A stretch of 64,000 nucleotides of DNA from Planctomycetaceae bacterium (GTDB taxonomy: Bacteria; Planctomycetota; PLA2), in assembly GCA_052388375.1 (NCBI GenBank), contig JBQTIG010000038.1, forward strand, positions 927 to 64,926, in the 5' to 3' direction. A program made the translations under genes and the position numbers. The notes under the pieces are model-generated. The model had not been told where the DNA came from and searched no databases. It was given only the letters and a program-made list of their open reading frames with translations. This document shows positions 35,329 to 44,169 of the stretch, piece after piece. Position 1 is the first letter of the stretch. Each line of letters begins with the position of its first letter.

Positions 35329-36852
35329 CTAGTCGAGGCTTCGGATTCGGGAGAACGGCCACGCCACGAAGAAGGCGCGACCCAGGACGGCGCGCGTCTC
35401 CACCGGCCCGAAGTGGCGGGAGTCGCGGCTGTGCGGGCTGTTGTCGCCCAGCAGGAAGAGCTCGTCCTTGCGCAGGACGACAGTGGATCCGGGGGCGGTG
35501 GGCGACTGCTCATAGTAGACATCCCGCGCCGCCTCGAGCCCTTCGACCTCGGCCCTCTGGCCGCTGGCTTCGAGAGAGCAGCGCGCAGCCGGCCCGTACG
35601 TTTCGAGGGGGGCGCTCGCCACCTCCACCCCGTCCAGTTCGACGCGCAGGAGGTGGTCGGCATTGCTGATCCAGACCTCCCGCCAGACTCCGGGCTCCAG
35701 CAGGAAGGATTCGCCCGTAGCGATCTCGCGGCCGCCGGTCGAGACGCCCATGCCCGGCCCCGACGTGCGCAGCACGACGGTGTGCGTGTTGCGCCCGCCA
35801 GGGCTGCCCTCGTCGAGGACGAGGGTGATCGTGCAAGGTCGGGCGGTCGCGCGCACCCGGGCCCGCACCACGGCTTCCGGAGTCGGCGCCCCCGCCTCCC
35901 CCTCCACGCTCCCGTCGGCATGGCGCCTCCCGCGATGCAGCGGCGCGGGCTGCTCCCAGCGGTCGGGGCGCCCGGTGAGTCGAAAGTCGGCCTGCCCGAA
36001 GAGCGGGACGCGGAGGCGGTCCAGCAGCGCACGCTCCTTCACGAGCCGCTTGCCGTTCACGTGCAGATCGCCGCCCCCGATCCCCAGCGTCTCCCCGGGA
36101 AGCCCCATCGCGCGCTTCACGTAGCTCCCTCCTCCCTCCGGGGGCCGGAAGACGACGATGTCACCGCGCCGCGGCCGGCGTGAGTCGTAGGCGCGAAGCC
36201 AGACCAGGACCCAGGCGTCGCCGCCCTCGTCGGCGGGCTCGAGGGCGGGCGCCATGGAACTCCACTGCACCGCGTAGACGCCGATCAGGAAGAGGCGCAC
36301 CGCGGCGAGGGCGAGGCCGCACGCCAGGAGCGCGGCGACGATGCGCCCGCGCGGCTTGCGCATGGAGAGCCGCACCGCCGTCCCCCGCTCCGCCGCGCGG
36401 AGCATCCGGCGCACCGGGACCGGGTGCCCCAATTCGCGCAGCGCCAGTTCGGCGGCGCGGGGCTGCCGTTCGCCGTGAAAGACGCGACGGTCGGCGTCGG
36501 CGATCACGACGCGGCGCAGCTCCTCGAAGAAGTGGGGCGCCAGACCGATCGTGATGCGCGCGAGCGCCCCGTCGAGGAACGCCCGTTCGGCCGGGCCAAA
36601 CGAGAAGGAGGGCGGAGGGCCGGGGGGGCGCGGGGGGGGCGGGGGGACCGCCGCATCGACGCCCCAGATCTCCTCGCCCTCCGCGCGCAGGAGAGGGAGC
36701 GCCGTGCCGCGGGCGCGCAGGTTTGCCAGGGCGCCGTAGACCAGCGCCGCCCTGCCGCGCAGTCCCGCAACGCCCTCCGCCTGCAACCGCTCGAGGATGC
36801 GGCCCCCGGACGCGGGCCCCTGGAGCAGAGCCTTGTGCACCTCGCGTTCCAT
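35329..36852 (-). CDS. lepB: Signal peptidase I (S26) with about 120-aa N-terminal cytoplasmic winged-helix-like extension
   Basis: It has box B (SMAPAL), box C/D (RGDIVVF, YVKRAMGLPGET) and box E (GDNSPHSRDSRHFGPV). Its ATG 36852 overlaps the upstream stop as ATGA. Confidence 0.7.
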   Translation of the reverse strand: MEREVHKALLQGPASGGRILERLQAEGVAGLRGRAALVYGALANLRARGTALPLLRAEGEEIWGVDAAVPPPPPRPPGPPPSFSFGPAERAFLDGALARITIGLAPHFFEELRRVVIADADRRVFHGERQPRAAELALRELGHPVPVRRMLRAAERGTAVRLSMRKPRGRIVAALLACGLALAAVRLFLIGVYAVQWSSMAPALEPADEGGDAWVLVWLRAYDSRRPRRGDIVVFRPPEGGGSYVKRAMGLPGETLGIGGGDLHVNGKRLVKERALLDRLRVPLFGQADFRLTGRPDRWEQPAPLHRGRRHADGSVEGEAGAPTPEAVVRARVRATARPCTITLVLDEGSPGGRNTHTVVLRTSGPGMGVSTGGREIATGESFLLEPGVWREVWISNADHLLRVELDGVEVASAPLETYGPAARCSLEASGQRAEVEGLEAARDVYYEQSPTAPGSTVVLRKDELFLLGDNSPHSRDSRHFGPVETRAVLGRAFFVAWPFSRIRSLD

Positions 36853-36854
36853 CA

Positions 36855-37295
36855 GCGGGCTCTCACCAGCGCGAAGGGAAGTTCGGCGAGGGTCCGGGCA
36901 AAGGCGGGACTCGCGGTGGCGGCGGCGAGAAAGAGCCCGCCGGAGAGCGCCGCCGCGATGGCCACGAGCAGGACCATGCGCGGCCCCTTGAGGCGGAAGG
37001 CGCGCCAGGCGCAGGGAAACGCGATGACGAGGGTGCCCCACAGGTGGAGATCCCGGTAGAGCGTGCTGCGTGGATCGATGGGTTCAAGATGGAGGCTCCG
37101 CCCCGCCACGAGGATGCAGAGCAAGCAGATGGAATAGAAGAAATGGCGCATGGAGCAGGCGAGCGCGCTCAAGACGCGCCGGTACTCGGCGCGCACCAGG
37201 TTGGCGGCGATCCACCACGGGAAGGTGCTGGCCGTCGCGAGGAGCAGGAGCACGCCGACGTAGTGGAGGACTCGCTCGACCGGATCGAGGGGCAC
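36855..37295 (-). CDS. Small 4-TM membrane protein
   Basis: High GC3 and 4 hydrophobic helices. It is translationally coupled to the LepB-like gene. Confidence 0.5.
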
Positions 37296-37301
37296 CGGCC
37301 C

Positions 37302-38561
37302 ATGCTACCCGCGCGCAAGCTACAATCCCCGCGCTTGGACCGCCGCACCATCCGGTCGTGGGCGCTCTACGACTTCGGCAACTCGGCCTTTGCGGCGCTT
37401 TTCCCCTTTGTCTTCGGCGTCTACTACACCCAACATGTCGTCGGGAACGCCGACGGCCGCGGAGACGCCTGGTGGGGCCGGATCAGCTCAGCCTCCATGC
37501 TGCTGGTGGCGCTCTCCTCCCCGCTCCTGGGAGGCATCGCCGACCATGCGGGCATCCGCAAGCGGATGCTCGCGCTCTACACCGCCGCCGGCGTCGCCGC
37601 GGTGCTCGCCTTTTCCGGGGTAGGTCCTGGCATGGTCCTGGCGGGCTTTTTCGTGGGCGTCCTCGCGAACTTCGCCTTCGAGGGGGGCAACGTCTTCTAC
37701 AACGCGTTCCTGCCCGAAATTGCGCCGCCCACCCACCAGGGGCGCATCTCGGGCCTCGGGTTCGGCGTCGGGTACGCGGGCTCGCTGGTGGCGATCGGCG
37801 GGGCGGTCCTCGTTCTGGCGCAAGACGGCCCGCTCACGGCCATCTGGATCCTGCTGGCCTGCCAGTGGGCGTTTTTCGCCCTGCCCGCCCTCCGCAACCT
37901 CCCCCGGGACCGGAGCAGCGGGATCGGCGTGGTCTCTGCGGCGCGCGTGGGGGTCGCGCAGACCCTCGCGACGATCCGGGACGTGCTCGGGATGCGCGAC
38001 CTGCGCCGGTTCCTCCTCGCCTACTTCTTCTACGAGGACGGCGTCAACACGGTGATCATCTTCTCGTCGGTCTACGCCACGACGTCCCTCGGCTTCACCA
38101 TGAGCGAGGCACTCGGCCTGCTGGCCCTCGTGCAGGTCTCCGCCCTCGCGGGATCGTTCGCGATGGCGGGCCCGACCGATCGCGTCGGCCCCAAACGGAT
38201 CGTGCGCGGGGTGCTGCTCTGGTGGATCGTAGTGGTGACGGCGGCCTTTTTCGCGCAGACCAAGCTCTCCTTCACCTGCGTGGCCGCCCTGGCGGGCCTG
38301 GGGCTGGGAAGCATCCAGGCGGCCTCCCGCGCCTTCATGGCCCGACTGGTGCCGGCGGGGCGCGAGGCGGAGATGTTCGGGTTCTACGCCCTTTGCGGGA
38401 AGTCGGGCGCGATCCTGGGGCCGCTTCTCTTCGGGGAACTCTCCCCGCGCATCGGCCAGCGCGGGGCGATCCTGAGCGTGGCGGTCTTCTACGCGATCGG
38501 CTACCTGCTGCTCCGCCGCGTCAGTCTTCCAGCTCCGTGTTCCAGTAGCGATCCGAGATGA
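37302..38561 (+). CDS. MFS transporter (UMF1/Atg22-like family)
   Basis: The N-terminal motif is RSWALYDFGNSAF, and it has 12 TM helices. Confidence 0.75.
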   Translation: MLPARKLQSPRLDRRTIRSWALYDFGNSAFAALFPFVFGVYYTQHVVGNADGRGDAWWGRISSASMLLVALSSPLLGGIADHAGIRKRMLALYTAAGVAAVLAFSGVGPGMVLAGFFVGVLANFAFEGGNVFYNAFLPEIAPPTHQGRISGLGFGVGYAGSLVAIGGAVLVLAQDGPLTAIWILLACQWAFFALPALRNLPRDRSSGIGVVSAARVGVAQTLATIRDVLGMRDLRRFLLAYFFYEDGVNTVIIFSSVYATTSLGFTMSEALGLLALVQVSALAGSFAMAGPTDRVGPKRIVRGVLLWWIVVVTAAFFAQTKLSFTCVAALAGLGLGSIQAASRAFMARLVPAGREAEMFGFYALCGKSGAILGPLLFGELSPRIGQRGAILSVAVFYAIGYLLLRRVSLPAPCSSSDPR

Positions 38562-39126
38562 AGTTCTCCCAGGAGGCCTTCCGCCTCCCGATCGCGATCT
38601 CCACGTCGCTCGACCAGCGCGGAATGCGCGGCACGCGGAGCAACCGCATCCCCGCATCCACCGGCGTGCGGTTGGACTTGCGTTTGTTGCACTCCACGCA
38701 GGCCAGCGCGCAGTTCTCCCAGGTGGTGCGGCCCCCGCGGGAGCGGGGGAGGATGTGGTCGATGGAGAGTTCTTCGCTGCCCGGACGGCAGCCGCAGTAC
38801 TGGCAGGTGAACTGGTCGCGCCGGTAAAGATTGCGGCGGCTGAAGGCCACCTTCCTGCTCGGGTAGCCGTCGTAGAGCGCGAGAACGATCACCTCCGGCA
38901 CCCGGATGTTGAGCGAGACCGTGCGGATCTGCGGCTCGTCCCGGGCCACCGCGAGGGAGGACCAGGAGTCGAAATCGTGCGTCTCGTAGGTGTCGGGACA
39001 GATCACCCGGGCCACCCGCTGGTAGACCAGGCATAGAGCGTGGCGGACGGATGTGGTTGTGATGGCCGCCCAGGAGCGGTTGAGCACCAGGGTCCGGTCG
39101 TCGAGGGTGGAGAAGGTGGCATCCAT
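38521..39126 (-). CDS. HNH endonuclease (standalone)
   Basis: The HNH-type zinc finger reads CQYCGC...HILPRSRGG...WENCALACVECNKRKSN. Confidence 0.8.
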   Translation of the reverse strand: MDATFSTLDDRTLVLNRSWAAITTTSVRHALCLVYQRVARVICPDTYETHDFDSWSSLAVARDEPQIRTVSLNIRVPEVIVLALYDGYPSRKVAFSRRNLYRRDQFTCQYCGCRPGSEELSIDHILPRSRGGRTTWENCALACVECNKRKSNRTPVDAGMRLLRVPRIPRWSSDVEIAIGRRKASWENFISDRYWNTELED

Positions 39127-39272
39127 GGGCGAGCGCCGAGGGATTGTACCCTTGAGAGGCGCGCCGGAAACTACCCCCTTGCGCGGCGACCCGGCTCGCC
39201 GCTAGGATTCCTGTTCGACAGGAGGGCACCCGGCTCGATTCCAGCGGGAACGTCGGGCAATAGGGAGGCGCC

Positions 39273-39300
39273 GAGGCCGGTCCTCTCGGGGACCGGCCTC
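39273..39300. other. Perfect 11-bp GC hairpin (GAGGCCGGTCC-TCTCGG-GGACCGGCCTC)
   Basis: It is followed on the plus strand by CGCCGTTTTCC. It sits in the 210-nt gap between two minus-strand genes. Confidence 0.5.
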
Positions 39301-39336
39301 CGCCGTTTTCCGGGGAGACGCGTGAGCCCGATCGGG

Positions 39337-39990
39337 TCAGCGCCAGATGACGTAGTCGCCGGTGGCCTTGGCCCGCAGCTCCCTGAGCTGCAGCGCCGTG
39401 AGGGAACTCGCCTTGAGGACGCGCATCGGCGCCCGACCCGTAGCGCTGGCGCCCGCCGGGCGATCGCCCGCCGCGGCAAACCCCTCGGGAGATACCGCTA
39501 CACAAGCGGCGTCGGCCGCGCGGGGATCCTTCTCGTCCACCACCTCGAGGACCTTCAGCCCCGGCTTCCAGGAGGCAGCTGATGCCGCCGTGGTGCCGGA
39601 GCCGGGCCCGTAGACCAGGAGCCCCTCGAGTTGCAGCATCAGCACCAGCTCGCGCGCCCGGGCGAGCTCCATGCTCGCCGGAAGCCAACCCCACACCTTG
39701 AAGCGGCGCTTCTGCACCCGCTCCAGCTGCTCTTTCCAGAACGCCGCTTCGCCGCCGGGAGCGCCCTGGAGTTCGAGCGCGAGGAAGCTGTAGCCATCCC
39801 CGGCGAGGAGGTCCGCCAGCCGGTCGGAAAACCTGCTGAAGCTCTCCACGTAGCCGCGCCGCTCTTTGACTCGGATCTCGATGGGCGCCGGCGGTATCGC
39901 GAAGGCGATCGCTCCGAGGAAGAGGACCGCAAGGCCCGCGATCACCCGCGACGCCCCCTTCGGCAGGGGATCCCGTACGGCGAAGGTCAT
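39337..39990 (-). CDS. Membrane-anchored protein of unknown function
   Basis: An N-terminal TM helix (VIAGLAVLFLGAIAFAI) is followed by a soluble domain. The upstream 110 codons of the ORF are low-complexity. Confidence 0.45.
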   Translation of the reverse strand: MTFAVRDPLPKGASRVIAGLAVLFLGAIAFAIPPAPIEIRVKERRGYVESFSRFSDRLADLLAGDGYSFLALELQGAPGGEAAFWKEQLERVQKRRFKVWGWLPASMELARARELVLMLQLEGLLVYGPGSGTTAASAASWKPGLKVLEVVDEKDPRAADAACVAVSPEGFAAAGDRPAGASATGRAPMRVLKASSLTALQLRELRAKATGDYVIWR

Positions 39991-40152
39991 AGCGCGCGAT
40001 TCTAGCAGCCCCCCCCAAGCTCCCGGCGGCGCGGGCCGGCCAACCCTCGCCGATGGCGAGGACGGCGCCGAGGCGCCGAGGCGAGAGTCGCGGCTCGCGG
40101 CCCGCTCGCGCCACGCTGCGGCAAGGCCCGTCGAGGATAGAATGAGTCCGTC

Positions 40153-40362
40153 GTGACCGAGCGCTCCCGCAGAATCGTCGTGAACGTCGCACGCAGCCAC
40201 GAGGAGGCGGAAGCTTGGGACCTCCGATTCTGGCACGATCTCGGTCCGACGGCGCGGCTCGAGGCGATGTGGGACATGGTTGTCGAGAGCGGCATGTGGA
40301 AAGGCGGCGATGGCAGTCAACCCCGACTTCAGAGATCTCTTTGCCGCCTTGAACGCCGCTGA
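40153..40362 (+). CDS. Small protein (69 aa) upstream of and overlapping the nucleotidyltransferase-fold gene
   Basis: It has a GTG start and high GC3. It overlaps the next gene by 53 nt in a different frame. Confidence 0.35.
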   Translation: MTERSRRIVVNVARSHEEAEAWDLRFWHDLGPTARLEAMWDMVVESGMWKGGDGSQPRLQRSLCRLERR

Positions 40363-40762
40363 GGCGCGCTACCTCGTCGTCGGGGCGCACGCCGTGGGCT
40401 TCCACGCGCGGCCGCGATTCACGAAGGATCTCGATCTCTGGGTGGAGCCCGCGCCCGCGAACGTGGGTCGCGTCCTCACGGCCCTCGCGACGTTCGGCGC
40501 GCCCCTTCGCTCGCTCACCGCGGCGGACCTGTCCGACCCGCGGACGGTGTTCCAGATCGGCGTGGCGCCGAACCGCATCGACATCCTGACGGCGCTGGAA
40601 GGGCTCACCTTCGCCGGTGCGTGGGAGCGGCGCGTCGAAGGGCGGTACGGCGACTGCACGATCCACGTTCTCGCGCGGGACGACCTCATCCGGAACAAGC
40701 GCGCGGTGGGTCGCCCCCAAGACCTCGAGGACGTGCGGGCTCTCGGGGGCGGCGCCGGGTAG
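40310..40762 (+). CDS. Minimal nucleotidyltransferase-fold protein (pol-beta superfamily; AbiEii/MNT-like)
   Basis: The segment GAHAVGFHARPRFTKDLDLWVEP matches the GS-x9-13-DhD nucleotidyltransferase motif. The C-terminus carries DDLIRNKRAVGRPQDLEDVRAL. Confidence 0.5.
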   Translation: MAVNPDFRDLFAALNAAEARYLVVGAHAVGFHARPRFTKDLDLWVEPAPANVGRVLTALATFGAPLRSLTAADLSDPRTVFQIGVAPNRIDILTALEGLTFAGAWERRVEGRYGDCTIHVLARDDLIRNKRAVGRPQDLEDVRALGGGAG

Positions 40763-41076
40763 CGGAGCGCCAGGCGCGAGGGGCTGCCGGCGTCCCGCAG
40801 CCGGAGGGGACTGCCCGCACCGGCCTCGCCAGGACCCTCCCCGTTCCCAGGGGGTGCCCTCGGCGCAGACCCCCGTACGCTGCTTGGGACGACCTCGCCT
40901 CGCTGCGCGCGATCTCGTGCGTACGCGATCTGGCGACGGCACGGCGATGCGCAGCGGAGGCGCCATGGCGCACCACGCTCACGGGGGAGCTCCAGCGCAA
41001 GAGGTCTGCCGGAGGCTGGAGACTGCGGCCAGAAGTCGTCCCCCCCGGGCTTCCGCCTTGCGCCTCCCGATCCCCC

Positions 41077-42144
41077 CTACGCCCCCTTCCCCCCCATCGC
41101 CCGCGCAAGGAGCGTCACCGGATGCAACACCTCCACGCGCACGCGGCGTCGGGCCAGGCCGCGGGCGAGCCAGAGCATGCAGCCGGGATTGCCGCTGGCC
41201 ACGATGGCGGCGCCGGAAGCTTCCACGGCGTCGAGCGTCGTCTCGCGCACGGCGCGCGCGAGACGGCCCTGGAGCGACATGTAGAGGCCGCCGGCGCCGC
41301 AACAGTTGCCCGCGCCGGCAAGCGGCACGCGCACCAGCCCTTCGATGCGGTCGAGCAGCGCCGTCGCGTCCACCTGCTGCGCGTGGCGCAGATGGCAGGG
41401 CGCGTGGTACGCAACAACCACGCCGGGCAGCGACGCGCCGGGGATCGGACCCTGGTCGAGCAGGAACTTCGTGAGATCGGTGAGGCCGGGGGTGGTGCTG
41501 CAGCCCGCCGCGGCGGAGAGAACCACGTCGTAGCCGCGCAGCGCGCGCGCGTTCGTCTCGCGCAGCGCGTCGTCGCGCAGACCGGCGTGGCGGTGGAGCG
41601 CACCGCAGCAGACCTGGCCCGGCGGCGCCTCCACCGCGTAGCCGAGGCGCGTGAGGACGACCGCCGCTTCGGCGGCAAGGTGCGGATAGAGCGCTGGCGT
41701 GACGCATCCCGCATGCAGCGCCACGCGCGCTTTCGGGCGCGCGGGAGGCGTGGGCCATGCCGGGGAGGGGGGCGGGGAGGGAAGCCGCCCGAGCCAGCGG
41801 CCCACGCGGGTCAGCGCGCCGAGGAGCCTCGGGCGCGGGAGCAGATGGCGCAAGAAGAGGCGCGCGCGCAGGCCGGGGCCGCCCAAGCGGGCGCGCCCCT
41901 CCTCCAGGAGCTCGCCGTAACGCACCCCGGAGGGGCAGACCGACTCGCAGGCGCGGCAGCCGATGCAACGGTCGATGTGGAGCCGTACGTCGGCGGCGTC
42001 GGCGCGTCCCGCGTCGAACGCCTCCAGGAGCGCGATGCGCCCGCGAGGGGAATCGGCCTCCTCGCGCAGCACCGCATAGGTGGGGCAAGCGGGGAGGCAG
42101 AGTCCGCAGTGCACGCAGGAGCGGGAGAGGTCGGCGATGCTCAC
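41077..42144 (-). CDS. glcF: Glycolate oxidase iron-sulfur subunit
   Basis: It has two 4Fe-4S ferredoxin motifs (CVHCGLCLPACP, CIGCRACESVCP) followed by two CCG domains. Its GTG start overlaps the glcE stop. Confidence 0.75.
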   Translation of the reverse strand: MSIADLSRSCVHCGLCLPACPTYAVLREEADSPRGRIALLEAFDAGRADAADVRLHIDRCIGCRACESVCPSGVRYGELLEEGRARLGGPGLRARLFLRHLLPRPRLLGALTRVGRWLGRLPSPPPSPAWPTPPARPKARVALHAGCVTPALYPHLAAEAAVVLTRLGYAVEAPPGQVCCGALHRHAGLRDDALRETNARALRGYDVVLSAAAGCSTTPGLTDLTKFLLDQGPIPGASLPGVVVAYHAPCHLRHAQQVDATALLDRIEGLVRVPLAGAGNCCGAGGLYMSLQGRLARAVRETTLDAVEASGAAIVASGNPGCMLWLARGLARRRVRVEVLHPVTLLARAMGGKGA

Positions 42145-42797
42145 GGCGCAAACGCGGCGCAGAGCCGCCGGAACAGGGGATCGCTGCGCTCGGGCGCATC
42201 CGCTTCGCTGCCCACGATGCGCGGGGTCGCGAGCAGGATGCCCGGGGCGGGGCCAGCGGGGAGAAACGACCGGACGCGGCTCCAGGCGGGGCGGAGCGCG
42301 GCACGCGCCTCGATCGGATCGCACTCTTCGTAGCCCTCCGGCGTCGGCTCGCCGCGGCGCAGCCAGCGCACCGTGGCCCCGCTCCAAACCGCGCTCCCCG
42401 GCCCCCTCTCCGCATCCTCCCGGACGGTTCCCTCCAGGCGCGCGGCGCGCCAGCCGCGGGGAGGCGGGCGCACGCGCAGGTGCGCTTCCAGGATGCGACC
42501 CAGTCGGCCGCGCGCGCCCGCGAAGGCGCGGGCGAGGTCGTAGCCGGCGACGTTCTTCACCACGGTGCCGCCGAAGCGGACCACGCTCCCGTCCTGCAGC
42601 CGCGCTCGGATGCCGAGCACTTGCGCCCGCGTCGGCCCGAGCAGCCCCCAGAGCAGATCGCCGCCGCCGCGGTCGATCCACTGCGCAACCGTCAGGTCGG
42701 GACGGTCGGACGCGAAGAGCCACGGGCGCACCCGCTCCTCCACCTCGGCGCAGGGCGCGTCGCCCGAAACGGTGACCACGCCGTCAGGAAACGACAC
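42141..42797 (-). CDS. glcE: Glycolate oxidase FAD-binding subunit (N-terminally short)
   Basis: GGTVVKNVAGYDL is the GlcE hallmark. The start is uncertain: GTG 42797 would overlap the glcD stop by 14 nt, while GTG 42779 or 42776 follows it. Confidence 0.6.
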   Translation of the reverse strand: MSFPDGVVTVSGDAPCAEVEERVRPWLFASDRPDLTVAQWIDRGGGDLLWGLLGPTRAQVLGIRARLQDGSVVRFGGTVVKNVAGYDLARAFAGARGRLGRILEAHLRVRPPPRGWRAARLEGTVREDAERGPGSAVWSGATVRWLRRGEPTPEGYEECDPIEARAALRPAWSRVRSFLPAGPAPGILLATPRIVGSEADAPERSDPLFRRLCAAFAP

Positions 42798-44169
42798 GGA
42801 ACGCCTCCTCGCGCCGGAGCGCCTCCGCGCACGCCTTGGGGCCGGGAAGCACTTTGCCGGGATTGAGGATGCGGCGCGGGTCGAAGGCGGCGCGCACGCG
42901 CTCCATCGCCTTGAGGGAGGCCGTGTCGAAGAGGAGCGGCATGAGATCGCGCTTTTCGACGCCGATGCCGTGCTCGCCGGTGAGCGAGCCGCCGGCGCGC
43001 AGGCAGATCTCGGCGATCTCTTTCCCGGCCGCTTCGACGTTTTCGGCCTCGTCGCGCCGGTGGGCGAGGAGCGGGTGCAGGTTGCCGTCGCCGGCATGGA
43101 AGACATGGACGAGCGTGAGGCCGCGACGCTCCGCCGCCGCGTCGATGGCGCCGACCGCCTCGCCCATGCGGGAGCGCGGCACCACGCAGTCCATCACGGT
43201 GCACTCCTCCGCGAGCCGACCCATGGCGCCGAACGCCCCCTTGCGCCCTTTCCAGAAGCGCCTCCGTTCCGCTTCGTCTTTCGCGCGGCGCAGAGGCCAG
43301 CGCGCGGCGATCCACTGGAACGCCTCCTCCACCTCTTCGGGGAACCCCTCCAGCTCCGCGAGAAGCACCGCCCCGGCGTCGCGCGGATAGCCGGCGGCGA
43401 AGACCGAATCCTCCACCGCCGCCACCGCGCGCCGGTCGAGGACCTCGAGCGCGGCCGGCAGGAGCCCTTCGCCGAGGATCTCCTGCACCGCGTCGCAGGC
43501 CTCCTGCATCCGCGCGAAGGGCAGGAGCAGCGTGGCGGTCGCCGCCGGGAGCGGGAGGAGGCGGAGCGTCGCCTCGGTGACGATGCCCAGGGTGCCTTCG
43601 CTCCCGATGAGGAGGGAGAGGACGCACTCGTCGTCGGTCTCGTGGACCGTTCCCTCCGCATCGATCAGCGTGATCGCGGCGACGTGGTCGGTCATGGTGC
43701 CGTGGCGCAAGCAGTGCGGCCCCCCCGACCCGCAGGCGACGTTGCCGCCGATCGTGCAGGCGGGTTGGCTCGAGGGGTCGGGCGCGAAAAAGAGGCCGTG
43801 GGGGGCGGCGGCTTCGCTCACGCGCAAATTGACGACACCCGCCTGGACCCGCGCGGTGCGCGAGGGAGGATCGAGGGCGAGGATGCGGTCCATCTTGGCC
43901 AGATCGAGGAGGACGCCGCCCGCGCAGGGGCGCGCCCCCCCGGCCAGGCCGGTCCCCGCACCGCGCGCCACGATGGGGATGCCCGCGCGCGCCAGCACGC
44001 GCACGCAGGCCGCCACTTCGCCGGTGTCGAGAGGGTAGGCCACCGCGTCGGGCAGTTCCCGATAGAGCCGCAGGCCGTCGCACTCGTGCACGAGAAGCGT
44101 CGCGCGGTCGTCGCGCACCCGGTCCGCGGGCAGGACGCGACGCAACAGCTTGGCGGCCGCGACGCTCAC
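42784..44169 (-). CDS. glcD: Glycolate oxidase subunit GlcD (FAD-linked oxidase)
   Basis: It has the FAD-binding PCMH domain (GAGTGLAGGA) and a C-terminal oxidase domain (GHAGDGNLHP, GEHGIG). Its GTG start overlaps the upstream stop as GTGA. Confidence 0.85.
   Translation of the reverse strand: MSVAAAKLLRRVLPADRVRDDRATLLVHECDGLRLYRELPDAVAYPLDTGEVAACVRVLARAGIPIVARGAGTGLAGGARPCAGGVLLDLAKMDRILALDPPSRTARVQAGVVNLRVSEAAAPHGLFFAPDPSSQPACTIGGNVACGSGGPHCLRHGTMTDHVAAITLIDAEGTVHETDDECVLSLLIGSEGTLGIVTEATLRLLPLPAATATLLLPFARMQEACDAVQEILGEGLLPAALEVLDRRAVAAVEDSVFAAGYPRDAGAVLLAELEGFPEEVEEAFQWIAARWPLRRAKDEAERRRFWKGRKGAFGAMGRLAEECTVMDCVVPRSRMGEAVGAIDAAAERRGLTLVHVFHAGDGNLHPLLAHRRDEAENVEAAGKEIAEICLRAGGSLTGEHGIGVEKRDLMPLLFDTASLKAMERVRAAFDPRRILNPGKVLPGPKACAEALRREEAFRVVS

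Noticed and set aside
36723-37301. 5' 193 codons of the 612-aa ORF in front of the MFS transporter
   Set aside because: They are low-complexity and antisense to the 4-TM gene and the SPase start. The MFS N-terminal motif begins just after Met 37302.
40617-42723. Plus-strand ORFs 40617-41474 and 40621-42333, and the 5' 190 codons of minus ORF 41077-42723
   Set aside because: They are antisense or out of frame relative to glcF/glcE, which have ferredoxin/CCG and GlcE hallmarks. Composition is Arg/Ala/Gly-rich.
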